A program made the position numbers and the translations under genes. Positions 1-12,009 of a stretch of 64,000 nt of DNA are shown piece after piece. Every line of letters begins with the position of its first letter. Position 1 is the stretch's first letter. Location: positions 11,966,001 to 12,030,000 of the forward strand of contig NC_047072.1 of the NCBI RefSeq assembly GCF_902459465.1, written 5' to 3'. Origin of the DNA: Asterias rubens. Lineage: Eukaryota. The notes under the pieces were generated by a model. The model did not search any database, was not told the origin of the DNA, and saw nothing but the letters and a program-made list of their open reading frames with translations.

Positions 1-3000
1 TGCTCTGAGAGCTCCTCGTCCTTCTGTTTAAGATCCGTGCCATGTTCCTTCTTCTCGTCTTCCGTTTTTACTTCCTTCCCTGCGTCCTTTGGGGATTTCA
101 CCCTGGACGCCTTCTCCTCTCGTCGTTTCGCCTCCTCCGCAGAGAGCGCCCGTTGCTGCTTCTCAGGGGGTGGGCGCGGCACCTTGGGCTGCTCGGCCGT
201 GGAGGTCGCCTTGCTCACCATGAGAGGCTTGAAGTTGGTCGGGGACACGCCCTGTTTCAGTTTTGTAGGCGGTTTGATGAGACGATTGCTGTAAATGTTT
301 CGAACTTCAAGCTCTTTTTCTTTTTCCTGGCAACGAGAAGTAAACAAATCGATAAAGAGAATTTTAAGAGTAATGTACTAGATGGGTAGAGCTGGCTAAA
401 CATTAGCAGACAGTGTTCATGTTTTTTGTGATCAACAATACACATGTACATGAAAAAAACAAGCAGATATGTTTTTCAAATAAAAACCACCAGGGAAACT
501 GAGTAAATTTTAAATGATTTAGGGTTGAACAATGACAAACTGAATCTGAATAGAGTAGATCCCTTGGGTGTGATCCCAGGTTACACGACATTTAATGGCT
601 TCTAAATGGCACCCCCGACAACAGATTTTGGCATAATAGAGAGAACACCAACGTACTTGTAAGGCTGGATAGCTCAGTTGGTTTAAAAAGCACCAGCACG
701 AACATTAGTTCAAATCCCGCTCCAGTAAATTTGTCTTTGTTTAACCCCAAATAATTTTGTGAAAATTATGGGACCATTAGAAAACAAACATTAGTATTTA
801 AAACTTATAATAATCGGTTTTTTTAATAGCGCTTTACAAACCCAAAGGGCGTGTCAAAGCGCTTCAAACATTATGGTCACTGGGCCATTTTATTCATTCC
901 TTAAACCATCTCAGCTCCCTGTGGAGTATATACAAATATACGCTACTAAGCTAAATCAATCAAAAGAACCATCTCTGCTCTCACAGGTACCCATTTACCC
1001 CTGGGTTGGAGAGAAACAATAGTAATTAAGTGACTTGCTCAAGGACGCAAGTTTCTAGACCGGGACTCAAATACACACTACATGTATTTAACACTCACTC
1101 TGAGTTGTAACTGATATCGTTCGTTCTCCATCTCCAATCTCTCGATCTGACCCATCAGCTCTTGTTCCTTGGTCTGTCTCTCGTGGAGCTCATGTCGTTG
1201 GTTCTTCTTTATATTAGCCACGTAGCGTTCCAGATCCCTCACCGTCTTGTCTCGTTTCTCGACTTTCTCCTCCATACGCTCGACTCGGCGCTGGAGCTCG
1301 TGCCTCTCCAGTAGACCCTTGTCTTCGGCGACGCCCTTGATGTGTTTCAGCTCGTCTTGGGTCTGATTGAGCTGCTCGTCTTTGTCCTTTATACGTCGAT
1401 CTCGGTCTTTGTCGCGCTCCTGTTTATGACAGAAATGTATCAATTAGTTCTCACTATTTTTTACCGTGTAAAGGCATGTATGAACCAAATTAGGCAAACC
1501 CGTGCTTAACACGCAAGCTAGCCACCTAATTTACTTGTCAACCTGTGAAATTCTCTCACCATTTAATTTTTTTTTAAAATAAAACTAGTTTATTAACTGA
1601 AATTTGTCTGCTATAGTTGCTATGAAAATTTGCTTTTTGTTAAGCAGCGCTATTGAACAAATTTGCATTAAAAGTCAACACAAAACTTCAGACTACACCT
1701 AGGCCATGACGTAAGCATGTGTGACAGGCACGAGACACTATTGGTAATTACTAAAAATAATTGCTAGTATAAAACTTACTTAGTAACGAGTTTTTTTTTC
1801 TTTATTTATTCACTTGCCACTTCTTTACCAATTGAGTCCAAATTTGCACACATGTGTTAGTGTATACTTATTTTGGTTTACACCGAATGAGAACACTGGT
1901 GACAGTCTGAGAGAATATTGGTCTGGGACAATAACCAAAGATGTCCAGTTGCCCCTAAATCTTGCTACAATTTACCTGATACTTGCGTATTCTACGACGC
2001 ATGCTATCCAGCTCCGCGCTGTGCTTCTTAAGCATCTGCGGCAGCTCGCTCTCCTCAGCATCGTACTTGGACAGCGCCCTCTCTTGTCGGCGCTGGAGCT
2101 GCTTCAGGAGTTTGTTCTCGCGCATCGTCTCATCGTGCTCCTGCTGTAGCTGGTTGAACTCATTGCGGAGCCGGCTGATGGTGTGTCCCTTGGCGGAGAG
2201 CATGCGTTTTTGCACCTCCGTGTTGCGGGGTGAGGCCTGGCTGCTTGCTATGCTGTTGGAGCGCTTGGTGTTGTTGGCAGCAGCGGGTTTCTTGATCGGG
2301 GTTTTCTGGAAAGCTAATCAAGTTAACAGAATGTTATTAATACTAGTGTTCTGCACAATAAATGCAAAAAAAATAATCAAGATGAAATAGATTGATTTAA
2401 AGAAAGGTGCGGATATCATTCACAAATTATATATTTAACAATTTACATTAGGCGAGTCCTGAAGGACAATCTCTTCACTTTTGCCACAAAATCTAAATGG
2501 ATTGAAGAACACCATGTTGCATTCTCGGGGCTTCCTCCATGGGTACACTAAGTACAAACTGTTCAAAAAGTAAAAATATTACACTTACAGGCTCAGTTTA
2601 ACCATTTATAGCTCTATTCTATACAGAAACTATTTTACTTAAAGCCATTGGACCCTTTCGGTACAGAAAACAAAATAAAAGTTCACAGATTTACAAATAA
2701 CTTACAGGGTTTAGAGAAGGTAGTGGTGAAAGACTTCTCTTGACATATTATTTCACGAAATGCTTTACTTTTTGAGAAAACAGTAAAACAATATCAATTC
2801 TCGATATAGCGAGAATTACGGATTTATTTTAAACACATGTCATGACACGGCGAAACGCGCGGATACAAGGGTGGGTTTTCCCGTTATTTTCTCCCGACTC
2901 CGATGACCGATTGAGCCTAAATTTTCACAGGTTTGTTATTTGATATAGAAGTTGTGATACATGAAGTGTGGGCCTTGGACAATACTGTTTACCGAAAGGG

Positions 3001-6000
3001 TCCAATGGCTTTAATGTTGACTTCATTAAATCCTTCAAAAAAATTTTAATCCACAAATAAAATGTAAATAAATAAACATATTTCAGCCATAACTTTTAAT
3101 TGTCTTCAAGGTTTTTTAAAAAGTGTTTTTCATAAAATGTCAAGTAATAATTCACAATGCAAACTGACCGGGCTAAATTTTAAAAGATTTAAAATCTGTC
3201 ATTATGAGCAAATTCCTTACGGGGCTTCAAATAGTCAGACAGAGCCAAATCCATAATCTAAAAAAAGGCCATTAGGCACTTTCACAAAAACATAGAACTG
3301 GAAATACAACCCTTGCCATTTACCTCTGTGTGCATCCAAGTATATGTAGCACAACAGCAATCAAGGGTCAAGGGACCAGACTTTCCGTTTGGGAATCAAG
3401 AAGTGTCGTGGCCGAACGGTTAAGAGCACCGAATTCAAACTCTGGTGTTTCTGATCAGCAGAGTGTGGGTTCGAATCCCTAGCCGTGACACTTGTGTCCT
3501 TTAAGCAGGACACTTAACCATCGCTTCGTCCTTCGGATGGGACGTATATATGCAAAGCCGTTGGTCCCAAGGTGCTAAACAATTGGGTCTCAGAATTCAT
3601 CACTGCAATAACCTATCTTTCTGAAAGTTTGTATAGATACTCAGCGCCTTGAGTACATGTACCTTGTTTGGTAGATACGTGCGCTATATAAGACTTTGAT
3701 ATTATTATTATTTTATATTAAGATGGGTGCCATCCAAAACAAGTGGCTGATAAAACAAAATTCTAACCAATCATTCTCCCCTTTATTACATGCGTCACTA
3801 GAAAAATACTAAGCACATGTTGGAAATCAATGAATAACAAATCAATAAAAACGTAACTACATGTAGCACAGCCGATTTAGGCCAAATAACAAACTTAAAA
3901 AAACATGTTTATAAATAGCATCCTCACTTTTTTGAAAAAAAGGAAGGAGGAGGGCCTTTTATTTTTTTATTTTCTTGTTAGTTTTAAATGGCCACCCCAC
4001 ATTTTTTAATACAAACAGTTGGGCTATTTTTCAAATATGTTTTTTTTTATGCTGAGATTGTGAAATTTATATAAATTCTTTATTTTCATAACAGAAATAG
4101 AACATAAAAAATTCAGGAAAAAAAAGAAGGTCGGCCTCTAAAAAGGAAGCGGGCGGGGATGCTAAACATGTTCTTAATTTTTTTTGGCCTTACAGGTATT
4201 AGTAATACTGTTAGATGCTCTGGGCGCCTTTCGTGCGTACACGTACGTGATGAAGACAAGATGTCCACACACGCTTATCTTCATGCCGGTCTCTTAATTA
4301 CACGAATGACATTCAATACAATGCGACCTTGCCTGCATAACGTCAGATACATACATCTTCATTCAGATCCGTCACCAAGGCAACAGCCAACCAAAGGAGG
4401 AAATTCGACCCAATAAAGAAACTTACAAACAGAGAACTTGCAAATGGAGGCATAATGAAAAACACATCTAGATGTTTGTATCTGGACTTGCTTACTGCCC
4501 GTCTTAAACATTCATGAATGAAAAGTGACATTGTATCAAAATGACATGAGATAATTATGAGGAGTACAGCAATAGTGAGCCAAGTGCTTTCAAATTGCAT
4601 GTACACCATGTATATCAAACTCTAAATTACATGCAGGAATAATATCAATAGTAACACAGCATTGGTTAACCGTAGTGCAAGATGATGATATCCCAGAAAA
4701 TGCTGCACAAACCATCGCCAAAACATCTTACATGTAGGAATAATATCAATAGTAACACAGCATTGGTTAACCGTAGTGCAAGATGATGATATCCCAGAAA
4801 CTGCTGCACAAACCATCGCCAAAACATCTTACATGTCAGTAGGAATAATATCAATAGTTGGTTAACTGTAGTGCAAGATGATGGTATCCCAGAAACTGCT
4901 GCACAAACCATCGCCAAAACATCTTACATGTAGGAATAACATCAATAGTAACACAGCATTGGTTAACCGTAAGTGCAAGATGATGGTATCCCAGAAACTG
5001 CTGCACAAACCATCGCCAAAACATCTTTGTGTATTTTTTAGGGTTGATTACATGTATCATTTTGTAACGTCAACGAGGGTGAAGGTTTTTTGAAAACACT
5101 GCTGAGAAGCTAAAGAATTTTGGAACTCAAGAATTAATTGTTTTATTGTAATGTACAGTAATAAAAAAAGAAAAAAAGAAAAAAAGAAAAAAAGAAAAAA
5201 GGAATGATCAGTGTTCCTTTATCTCTTGAAATCTATCCTCTCGGCCCAATTTCATAGAGCTGCTTTTTATTTTAAGCAATAGGCCTACATTGTAAATACT
5301 GCTATTGCATAGAAGAAATTCTGCTGAGCAAAATATACAAGCAGGACACCTGTCATAGATTGTATATGTGCTAAAAGTGCAAGTGGTTTTTTTTTTGCGG
5401 GGGCTGGGGGGGGGGGCGCATTGTTCTTACAAGCACAATTTTGTTTGTCTGGCTAAGCGAGACTATGAATTTTTTTTGCTAAAAAAGCAGCCCTATAATG
5501 TTGGGCCCTGGCCTGCATATCAGGGACTAATTTCATAATTGTAAGCGCGGACACTTGCGTATCACAGAAAACTCAATTGCACCCTTGCTCTGGTGAGATG
5601 TACAAGAACAAAGAGCTAATTCCAGTAGCTTTATAAATACTGCATATCTCTTTGGAACTCCTTGCCTTGTGCATTTTTTTCCTCCACCCCATGATCTAGA
5701 CTGTTTTAATAGGAATATCAATTTCTGCCTTCAGCTCACAACCCCTACACGTATGTACCTAGTAATTTTCATATTTAATATTTTTCTTCTTGTAGCCCCC
5801 TTACTAAGAGTGACTTTTAGCCTTGTTTGGGGGCGAACTTGCATTCAAATATTACCTTTGGTTTTTGAAGAAACTGTAACTTTGTTTAATGTTATGTATA
5901 CAATAAAACTAGCAATTGAACATTTCTTTTCAAAAGTTGGTCCCTCTTTTTAGAAATCGGAGTGAATATTATTTATGTTCAGTCAGGCAGAATAATCCCA

Positions 6001-6777
6001 AAAGAAAAACGTTTCTGACAGTAACGCTTCTCAGATTCTAATATTGGGGTGTAAAAACTAAATATGTTTTTACATAACCACATAACTTTGATGAGAAAGG
6101 TTTTCAAACTAATTCTTTATTCAATCGAAAGCTGTTGTAGGCTTCTAACCAAAACCTCTTACTGCTATTAAAATTAGGAGTTATTACCAAACGTACCCTT
6201 TTAACTAAGCTGACTTAGTCTATTCCCACAAACAAATCTCACCTTTCTTATTCCGGTTGTTTTTGGCGCCATAGTTTGAGCTTCCTCCATGGCTCCTGAA
6301 CGTTGATCTACTATCGTGACTTGTACTGCTATTGAACCTAGTCGTCGTGTCCCCGTTACTTCTCTGCACTGACCTCACTCTTCCCTTCCTGCTCGGCTCC
6401 TTCCTCACGGGGGACCCCTTGCGTGAGTCTTGATCCGAGTCTTCCGAGTTGAAGGAGTCCGAGTAGTCTGGCGACCTGTACGGGCTCCTATACGGGGACC
6501 TTGACCGAGATCGGGAAAGTGACGGCGAGTCGTCGTAACGACGAGACCGTACCGACTTCTTATTCGACATAATTGAGTCTGATGATTTTGCGGAGAAGTT
6601 CCCAGAGGTTGAAGGGGTTAGGGATTTGATTCTTGGTGTATGCTTACTGACGGGGTCTTCATCGACAGGGGATTTGCCGCGGTCATACGCTCCTTTTAAG
6701 TATGGGCTGCTGACTTTATGATTGTCCTGCTCCCCGTCCGAGTCGAAGAAGGAGTCATTATCGTAAACGGCAGTCAT
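1..6777 (-). CDS. LCA5: Lebercilin (LCA5/LCA5L family) coiled-coil ciliary protein, 3'-partial. Coding exons 6777-6243, 2313-1976, 1419-1099, 326-<1
   Basis: All junctions GT-AG and phase-compatible. Spliced translation includes VQKRMLSAKGHTISRLRNEFNQLQQEHDETMRENKLLKQLQRRQERALSKYDAEESELPQMLKKH and EKEKELEVRNIYSNRL, matching the lebercilin domain. ATG at 6777 has an in-frame TGA two codons upstream. A small extra exon between 6243 and 2313 cannot be excluded. Confidence 0.9.
806..1075 (-). mobile_element. tRNA-derived SINE, partial
   Basis: Minus strand has a degenerate B box, GTCCTTGAGCAAGTCAC and CCCAGGGGTAAATGGGTACC central blocks, and an L2-like GCGCT...TTATT tail. Related fragment at 48665-48780. 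Confidence 0.6.
2643..3010. mobile_element. Kolobok-type MITE, family B
   Basis: TTAA on both sides; TIR AGCCATTGGACCCTTTCGGTA; AG...CT ends. Other copies at 40721-41084 and 49475-49660 (partial). Confidence 0.8.
3400..3712 (+). mobile_element. tRNA-derived SINE with L2-like tail
   Basis: A box TGGCCGAACGG, B box GGTTCGAATCC, GTGACACTTGTGTCCTTT..GGACACTTAACC block, tail GCGCCTTGAG..GCGCTATATAAG..(TAT)n. Confidence 0.8.
3880..4189. mobile_element. Zator/Harbinger-like MITE
   Basis: GGCC...GGCC ends with AAACATGTTT subterminal inverted blocks; TTA on both sides. Second copy in opposite orientation at 50498-50869. Confidence 0.65.
4626..5030. repeat. Minisatellite, about 100-bp unit, 4 copies, in an LCA5 intron
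   Basis: Unit TTACATGTAGGAATAATATCAATAGTAACACAGCATTGGTTAACCGTAGTGCAAGATGATGATATCCCAGAAACTGCTGCACAAACCATCGCCAAAACATC repeated with small indels. Confidence 0.9.
5587..5850 (+). mobile_element. CR1/L2-group LINE 3' end, degenerate
   Basis: Homologous to 13790-14052; residual SLWNSLP-like coding block and the same 3' tail. Confidence 0.65.
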
Positions 6778-7111
6778 CACTCAGGTTGGAGTTGTCCCTT
6801 TGACGTTTCTCAGCTGATGTCTTGTTTAGGAGTGAACCTTGATAGAGTAAAAGGAAAGATGATATATATATATTTTGTAATTCATTCTTGAGTTTTGGTC
6901 ATAATCAGTCTCCCGTAATCATTGGGACCCACTAAGTGCACAAGTTTGTTTCCTTCAGCAATGGCTCAAATGAAAGCTTGTAACTTTCTCGACCCCAATC
7001 AAAATACCTGAATTTTAAATCAAAATTGTTGGGTCAAATCGGCCAAACATCTGACAAAGCATCTTTAATGACCATAAAAATTGAGTGAATTGATTCATTA
7101 CACAAGATTAA

Positions 7112-7515
7112 AGACACTGGACCCTATTGGTAATTGTCAAAGACTAGTCTTCACAGTTGGTGTAACTCAACATATATGCATAAAATAACAAACCTGTGAC
7201 AATTTGAGCTCAATCGGTCGTCAAAGTTGCGAGATATTAATGAAAGAAAAAAACACCATTGTCGCACCATGGTCCCACAAAGTTGTGCGCTTTCAGATGG
7301 GTGACTTCGAGACCTCAAGTTCTAAACTTGAGGTCTCAAAATCAAATTCGTGGAAAATTACTTCTTTCTCAAAAATTACGTCACTTCAGAAGGAGCTGTT
7401 TCTCACAATGTTTTATAATATCAACCTCTCCCCATTAATCGTAATCAAGAAAGGTTTTAAACAAATATTTTATGATTATAATTATTTTGAGTAATTATCA
7501 ATATGTCCATTGCCT
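7112..7515 (+). mobile_element. Kolobok-type MITE, family A
   Basis: TTAA flanks; TIR AG(A/G)CA(C/G)TGGACACTATTGGTAATT; internal GAGACCTCA..TGAGGTCTC hairpin. Confidence 0.85.
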
Positions 7516-8148
7516 TTAAATCCATGTTCTCAGAATGTCTGGCATGATTTTATTTAATTTTAAAGTGGTAAAAATTGGGCAAATGTAGTGAATCGTGAAT
7601 CGTCTGACAATAATTGTCCAAATTGCCTCTTCAGTTGTTTGTCTATTACTGTCGGTAAGATGGATGGTTATGATTATCGCAACTAGTGAAAATAAATGAG
7701 ACACTTGTGTAGATTCCAGGTAGTATCTTCACTTTTGTTTGATTGCAATTCACAATCATTGTTTGCACAGCCACAGTACCGACACTGTAAACAAAACGCC
7801 CAGTTTGATTTGAGCCAAAAATGCTGGCAAAATACCTTGCAAAGGTATGCAGTGTCCAGGGTACGAAGTGGCAAAGGTACGAGGTGTCCTGACAACATAA
7901 TGGCAAGTTCGCAAGTAAAAAGTGTGAGATTTGTAACCCACTTCAAAATCAATTTTTTTTTTTAAACAAAGGACAAACAGATGCTGTCAGTGTCAACTCA
8001 AAGTCAGTTGTCAGCTTTTTATTCCTTTAAAGTGTTAGTGCGACCGCCAGTCTGCCAGTCCACGACTTACATTTACAGAGTGTCACTGTTTCTGTTCAGC
8101 GACAATTCATGCCACATTGAGTATTGAAAGATAAAATAATAACCTTTT

Positions 8149-8283
8149 GGATAACTTTCCGTATGGCGCCACCACTTTTCACTCATTTTTACAAAAAAGG
8201 ATATCTCATTGAGGTTAATTTGGTACTATATTATTTCATTTCACATCAAATTAAAAAGTGGTGGCGCTATACAGAAACTTTTT
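8149..8283. mobile_element. Short GG...CC MITE (Merlin/hAT-like), degenerate copy
   Basis: TIR TTCCGTATGGCGCCACCACTTTT, same family as 18713-18848. Confidence 0.7.
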
Positions 8284-8618
8284 GATTTTGAATGTCAATG
8301 TGATGATGATGGCAAAGAAAAAATGCTTTGTATTTGCATGATTTGGACTGGTGTATCATCATTATTTAAACTTCAAATCAAAGCTGCAAGCAAGGTAGTA
8401 AATCATTAATTTTATTAAAAAATAGCAAACTGTCAGTCAAAATCGTCACTGCACATTATCAAACATGAAATATTAATTATTAATGAAGATAGGCCGATGT
8501 ACTTCTGCACAAAATAAACATTACATTCGATTCGAAATCAACTTCTTCGCATTCGCTTTTTCTGATTTGTACGAAAGTTAAGATAAAAAGAGGCTATACA
8601 AATTGAAAGTCATATTAC

Positions 8619-8950
8619 CTGGCAACATTTGACGTGCATTATCATCAGCCACATTGGTATTAACAATTTATGAATTGTGTATATCAAAGAATGACAGTTT
8701 TATTAGCCATGTTTTATCTCGCAAAGTCGCACATTGAAGAAAATCACTGAAGCTGTTTTTGCTCGTTGAGGAATGGCATGCATTGCGCGAGCGCTGTTTA
8801 CTTGCTATGGAGATTGTCTGGAACGAGAAAACAATTGACCGCTGGTCACAAAACATTCCGTCGGATTTGTATGTGTATGTCACCGAGTACCAGTGAAATG
8901 TCGTCGAACAAAGCGCCTGCTACGCGATGGGTTTTGTTGTTTATAAGTTA
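8619..8950 (-). promoter_or_regulatory. Putative LCA5 non-coding first exon and promoter
   Basis: Donor CAG|GTAATATG on minus at 8619/8618, CpG-richer stretch 8700-8950, and an acceptor in front of the first coding exon near 6838 that requires an upstream exon. TSS not determinable. Confidence 0.4.
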
Positions 8951-11900
8951 GACAGGGATAGTATCCATTAAAATAGTATACTCAATCCTAGACGTCTAGG
9001 AGCCAGACATTCATGGTGCTTTAAATCCTCAGAGCCGATGTGGTATAGTGAAAAATGCTGAAAAGAGGGGTGTGACATGGCTTGACAGACATCCCAAAAT
9101 ATGGATCTTTAAAAGAATCATGGATACAGAAAACAATATTTCTGGATGATACGGATAACAAATCTGAATCTTATTCAGTTGTGTCGTATCTCCCACCATA
9201 ATTCTTCACAACTTTTAAAAGGAAAATATTCATCACTAAGTTGGATACCTTTAAAAAAAGGTTGAGTATAAAACAAAATCTGTGCCTGTAGCTAGAATGT
9301 CAAGTTGACATCCAACAACGTACCGCACCAGTAAACATTTGCATACACCGCCATGTGTAAAATACTGACACCAAAAGAGGCGGGGGGGGGGGGGGGGGGG
9401 CCTTCGCCCATTGACCACCCCCCCCCCCTAAAAAAAAACATGATTGGAGAAAGGGAATTGTGGCTCTAAATAACAAGTACTAATTTTCTCAAAGTCCAAT
9501 GACATGACATGGATGGGAAGGACATGTGTGTGAAATTCCTTGATAGCCTAGAATGGACCGTTCCACTTAATCTAAGAGGTTTTGGTCATGTCTCATAATT
9601 AAGATTGGTGTTTTTTTGTTTACAGGGTTATGTAATGAAGTCACTTAGATGTAAACATATCGCGATCGACATACGCACAGCAGCTAGACGTCTTCCTCCC
9701 TCATCGACGAGGGAGGAAGACGCATGGCATAATTGTACATGTGGGAGTGTTTTTAGAAAACACTTCTATCCTATCCTTGCTGCATGATTTTAGCGTTAAA
9801 AATTGATTTGTTATAAAATGTTACAAATATTCCACTCAGGGATTTTAGGGGTGAATTAAAAATAGTTAATATGATACAACCATTATTAACGTTCGAAAAG
9901 TAGGGGTGCTATAGCATATTCCAGCACCCCTTCGTTTTGGGTAGGGGTGCTCATTTGCAACACCAACAGCACCTCCGCTCTCGCGGGCCTGAACATTGTT
10001 GGAATTAATATCACAATGTATTTATTGTTTTAACCCTACTACCACCCGTTCCCCCCCCCCCCCCCCCAATCATGTTGCGCACCGTCTTCCAGGTAAAAGA
10101 AATTCTCGGGTATCGGACCATGGAGCAATATAATATTGCTCCATGGTCTGCCCTGACTCCCCTTGTGGTCCCCTGCTGAATTGAAACGCAAAACAATTGA
10201 ATAGATGGATATTGCCCCCCCCCCCCCCCCCCTCACCACCACCACCCCACCACCACCACCACCACACCCCGGGCAAAATAATGACTCCACCGGGGATCGG
10301 ATCCAGCCGGTGGGGTTGGATATTCCCATTAAAGGCAGGGGAATCACCATCGTTCTTCTATATAGAATGCTAACATAGCTACATAACTTGAACATGAGGT
10401 GATCTATCTAATTTCATCATCACCTGCAAAAGCAATCTCTTCAACTCACTCCCTTGAAATACCATAGACGCGAGCAGCAGTCTCAACTGGGCGCAGCTGC
10501 TACGCAAGTGAGATGGGGATGGGTTGGCAATAACATAGTTATTAGTCCGGGAAATATTGAGTGCAAAAGGTTCGAGTTGTGGGATGTGCAGGGCCCCCGT
10601 GGGGAACCTTAAAATGTGAATTCTTAAGCGCAGTGAGTGGTGCGTTGGGAGGGGGGAGCCCCCTAAACTCACCCCAAAAGTCCATTTAAATGAAATGTTG
10701 AGTGCAAGCAAAATTTCTTCATATATTGAAATGCCATGGTCCACTGACTATGAATTCCGTACTTAAGAAAATAAATAATGGTGCTAAGTGTACTTAAGAA
10801 GGCCCTTAATTAGTGCTAATTAGACGTTTAAATGAAATTTTGAGTGCAACAATGAAACATGTGTCAAAGTGTACCTTAGACTGTGCTGACTCAAAACCTA
10901 TATGGTCTACTATCCGTGTGACACTCAGCGGCCACAATAATTGTGTTTTCTGGTTTTCTCTCCACGTGTTTCTGGAGTGTGAGTTTTGGAAGGTTAAACC
11001 ATCTCTATTATAACGGCTCAAAGAGTTTATGTTCCAAAAAATGATGCAGACAAGTTTCTTGTGCGTAATTCGTTGTCGTTATTTTTTTAAGCGGCTTGTT
11101 GTTGTACTTGCTCAGGCAGATGCTCAGCTCTGTGATTAGTTTGGATTAGATTAGATAAGATTATATAGGACTCACTTAAAAAAAAAAAAGTTCTGTTGCT
11201 GTTATTTTATGATACTAATACAAAAGAAAATGCGTTGGGTCTAATAATATTATATTAAATATTAATAGACTATTAATAATAGAAGTACATAACAATTATC
11301 AAGAAATTAGTAAAAGAATGTGAAATGACACCCAAAGTACTCATTAATGATAACTGTAAAAATATCATAATAATGATAACATTACAAGATTTCAAAGGGG
11401 ATCTTCAAGAAAAACTGACAGATTTTGTATAGTATTCAAAATGAGCCGGCAAAAGCCATTATCAGTTCAACAACAAGAGCATCTTTAAATTCAATTTGTC
11501 CCCAGAAATGGGGAAAAAACTTAACGGGTCATTCTTCAAAGAATGACAGGAAGAAAAAAAACACACGTGAAAGAATGTAAGGGCCTCTGAAGTTACGTGC
11601 ATGCGCTTCGGGTGTTTTTCTAGTCGCAGGTAGCCACAAGCAGCCAAGGGGCCCCAGAGCCTGTGACTGTAAGCCTTTAAGTTTGCTAAGCACAGAAAAA
11701 AATTGCGCAGCAGAAACTGATACCAGCCAAAGTTCCTTAAAGTTGACATTGTTGCAGTTGGTGCCCCAGTCATATTTTGCTTATCATCTTAAAAATTGCT
11801 AAGAAGCTTTAGGATGTTGTGCAGGCGAGTGGGCGTGGCGCGTGGCTGCAAAAGAGCGCCCTCTTCGGGCTGCAGCTGAGGAATCCGGACAAAGTGCGCT

Positions 11901-12009
11901 GTCAAAGATTTGGTGTGCGGAGATTTTACAAAAATAGTCCAAATAGCAAAGGTATTTGGCAGATTTCTCGTTGATTCTGCTCCGAAAGTGTGCATTTTGA
12001 TACGCAATC

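Noticed and set aside
37-389. Plus-strand ORFs 37-294, 42-389, 1814-2149 and 1983-2390
   Set aside because: Antisense shadows of LCA5 coding exons.
662-740. tRNA genes at 662, 3400, 24290, 39359 and 54369
   Set aside because: They have A/B boxes but no complete cloverleaf, and most continue into repeat bodies; treated as SINE heads or fragments.
4622-5093. Four ORFs with repeated KMFWRWFVQ-type peptides
   Set aside because: Translation of the 100-bp minisatellite.
7204-7494. Recurrent ORFs like [21 protein letters not shown] at 7204, 28165, 32689 and 38887
   Set aside because: Open frames inside family A MITE copies; no transposase motifs and inconsistent starts and stops.
10011-10395. Gly-rich ORFs on the minus strand
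   Set aside because: Produced by poly-C and (CCA)n low-complexity tracts.
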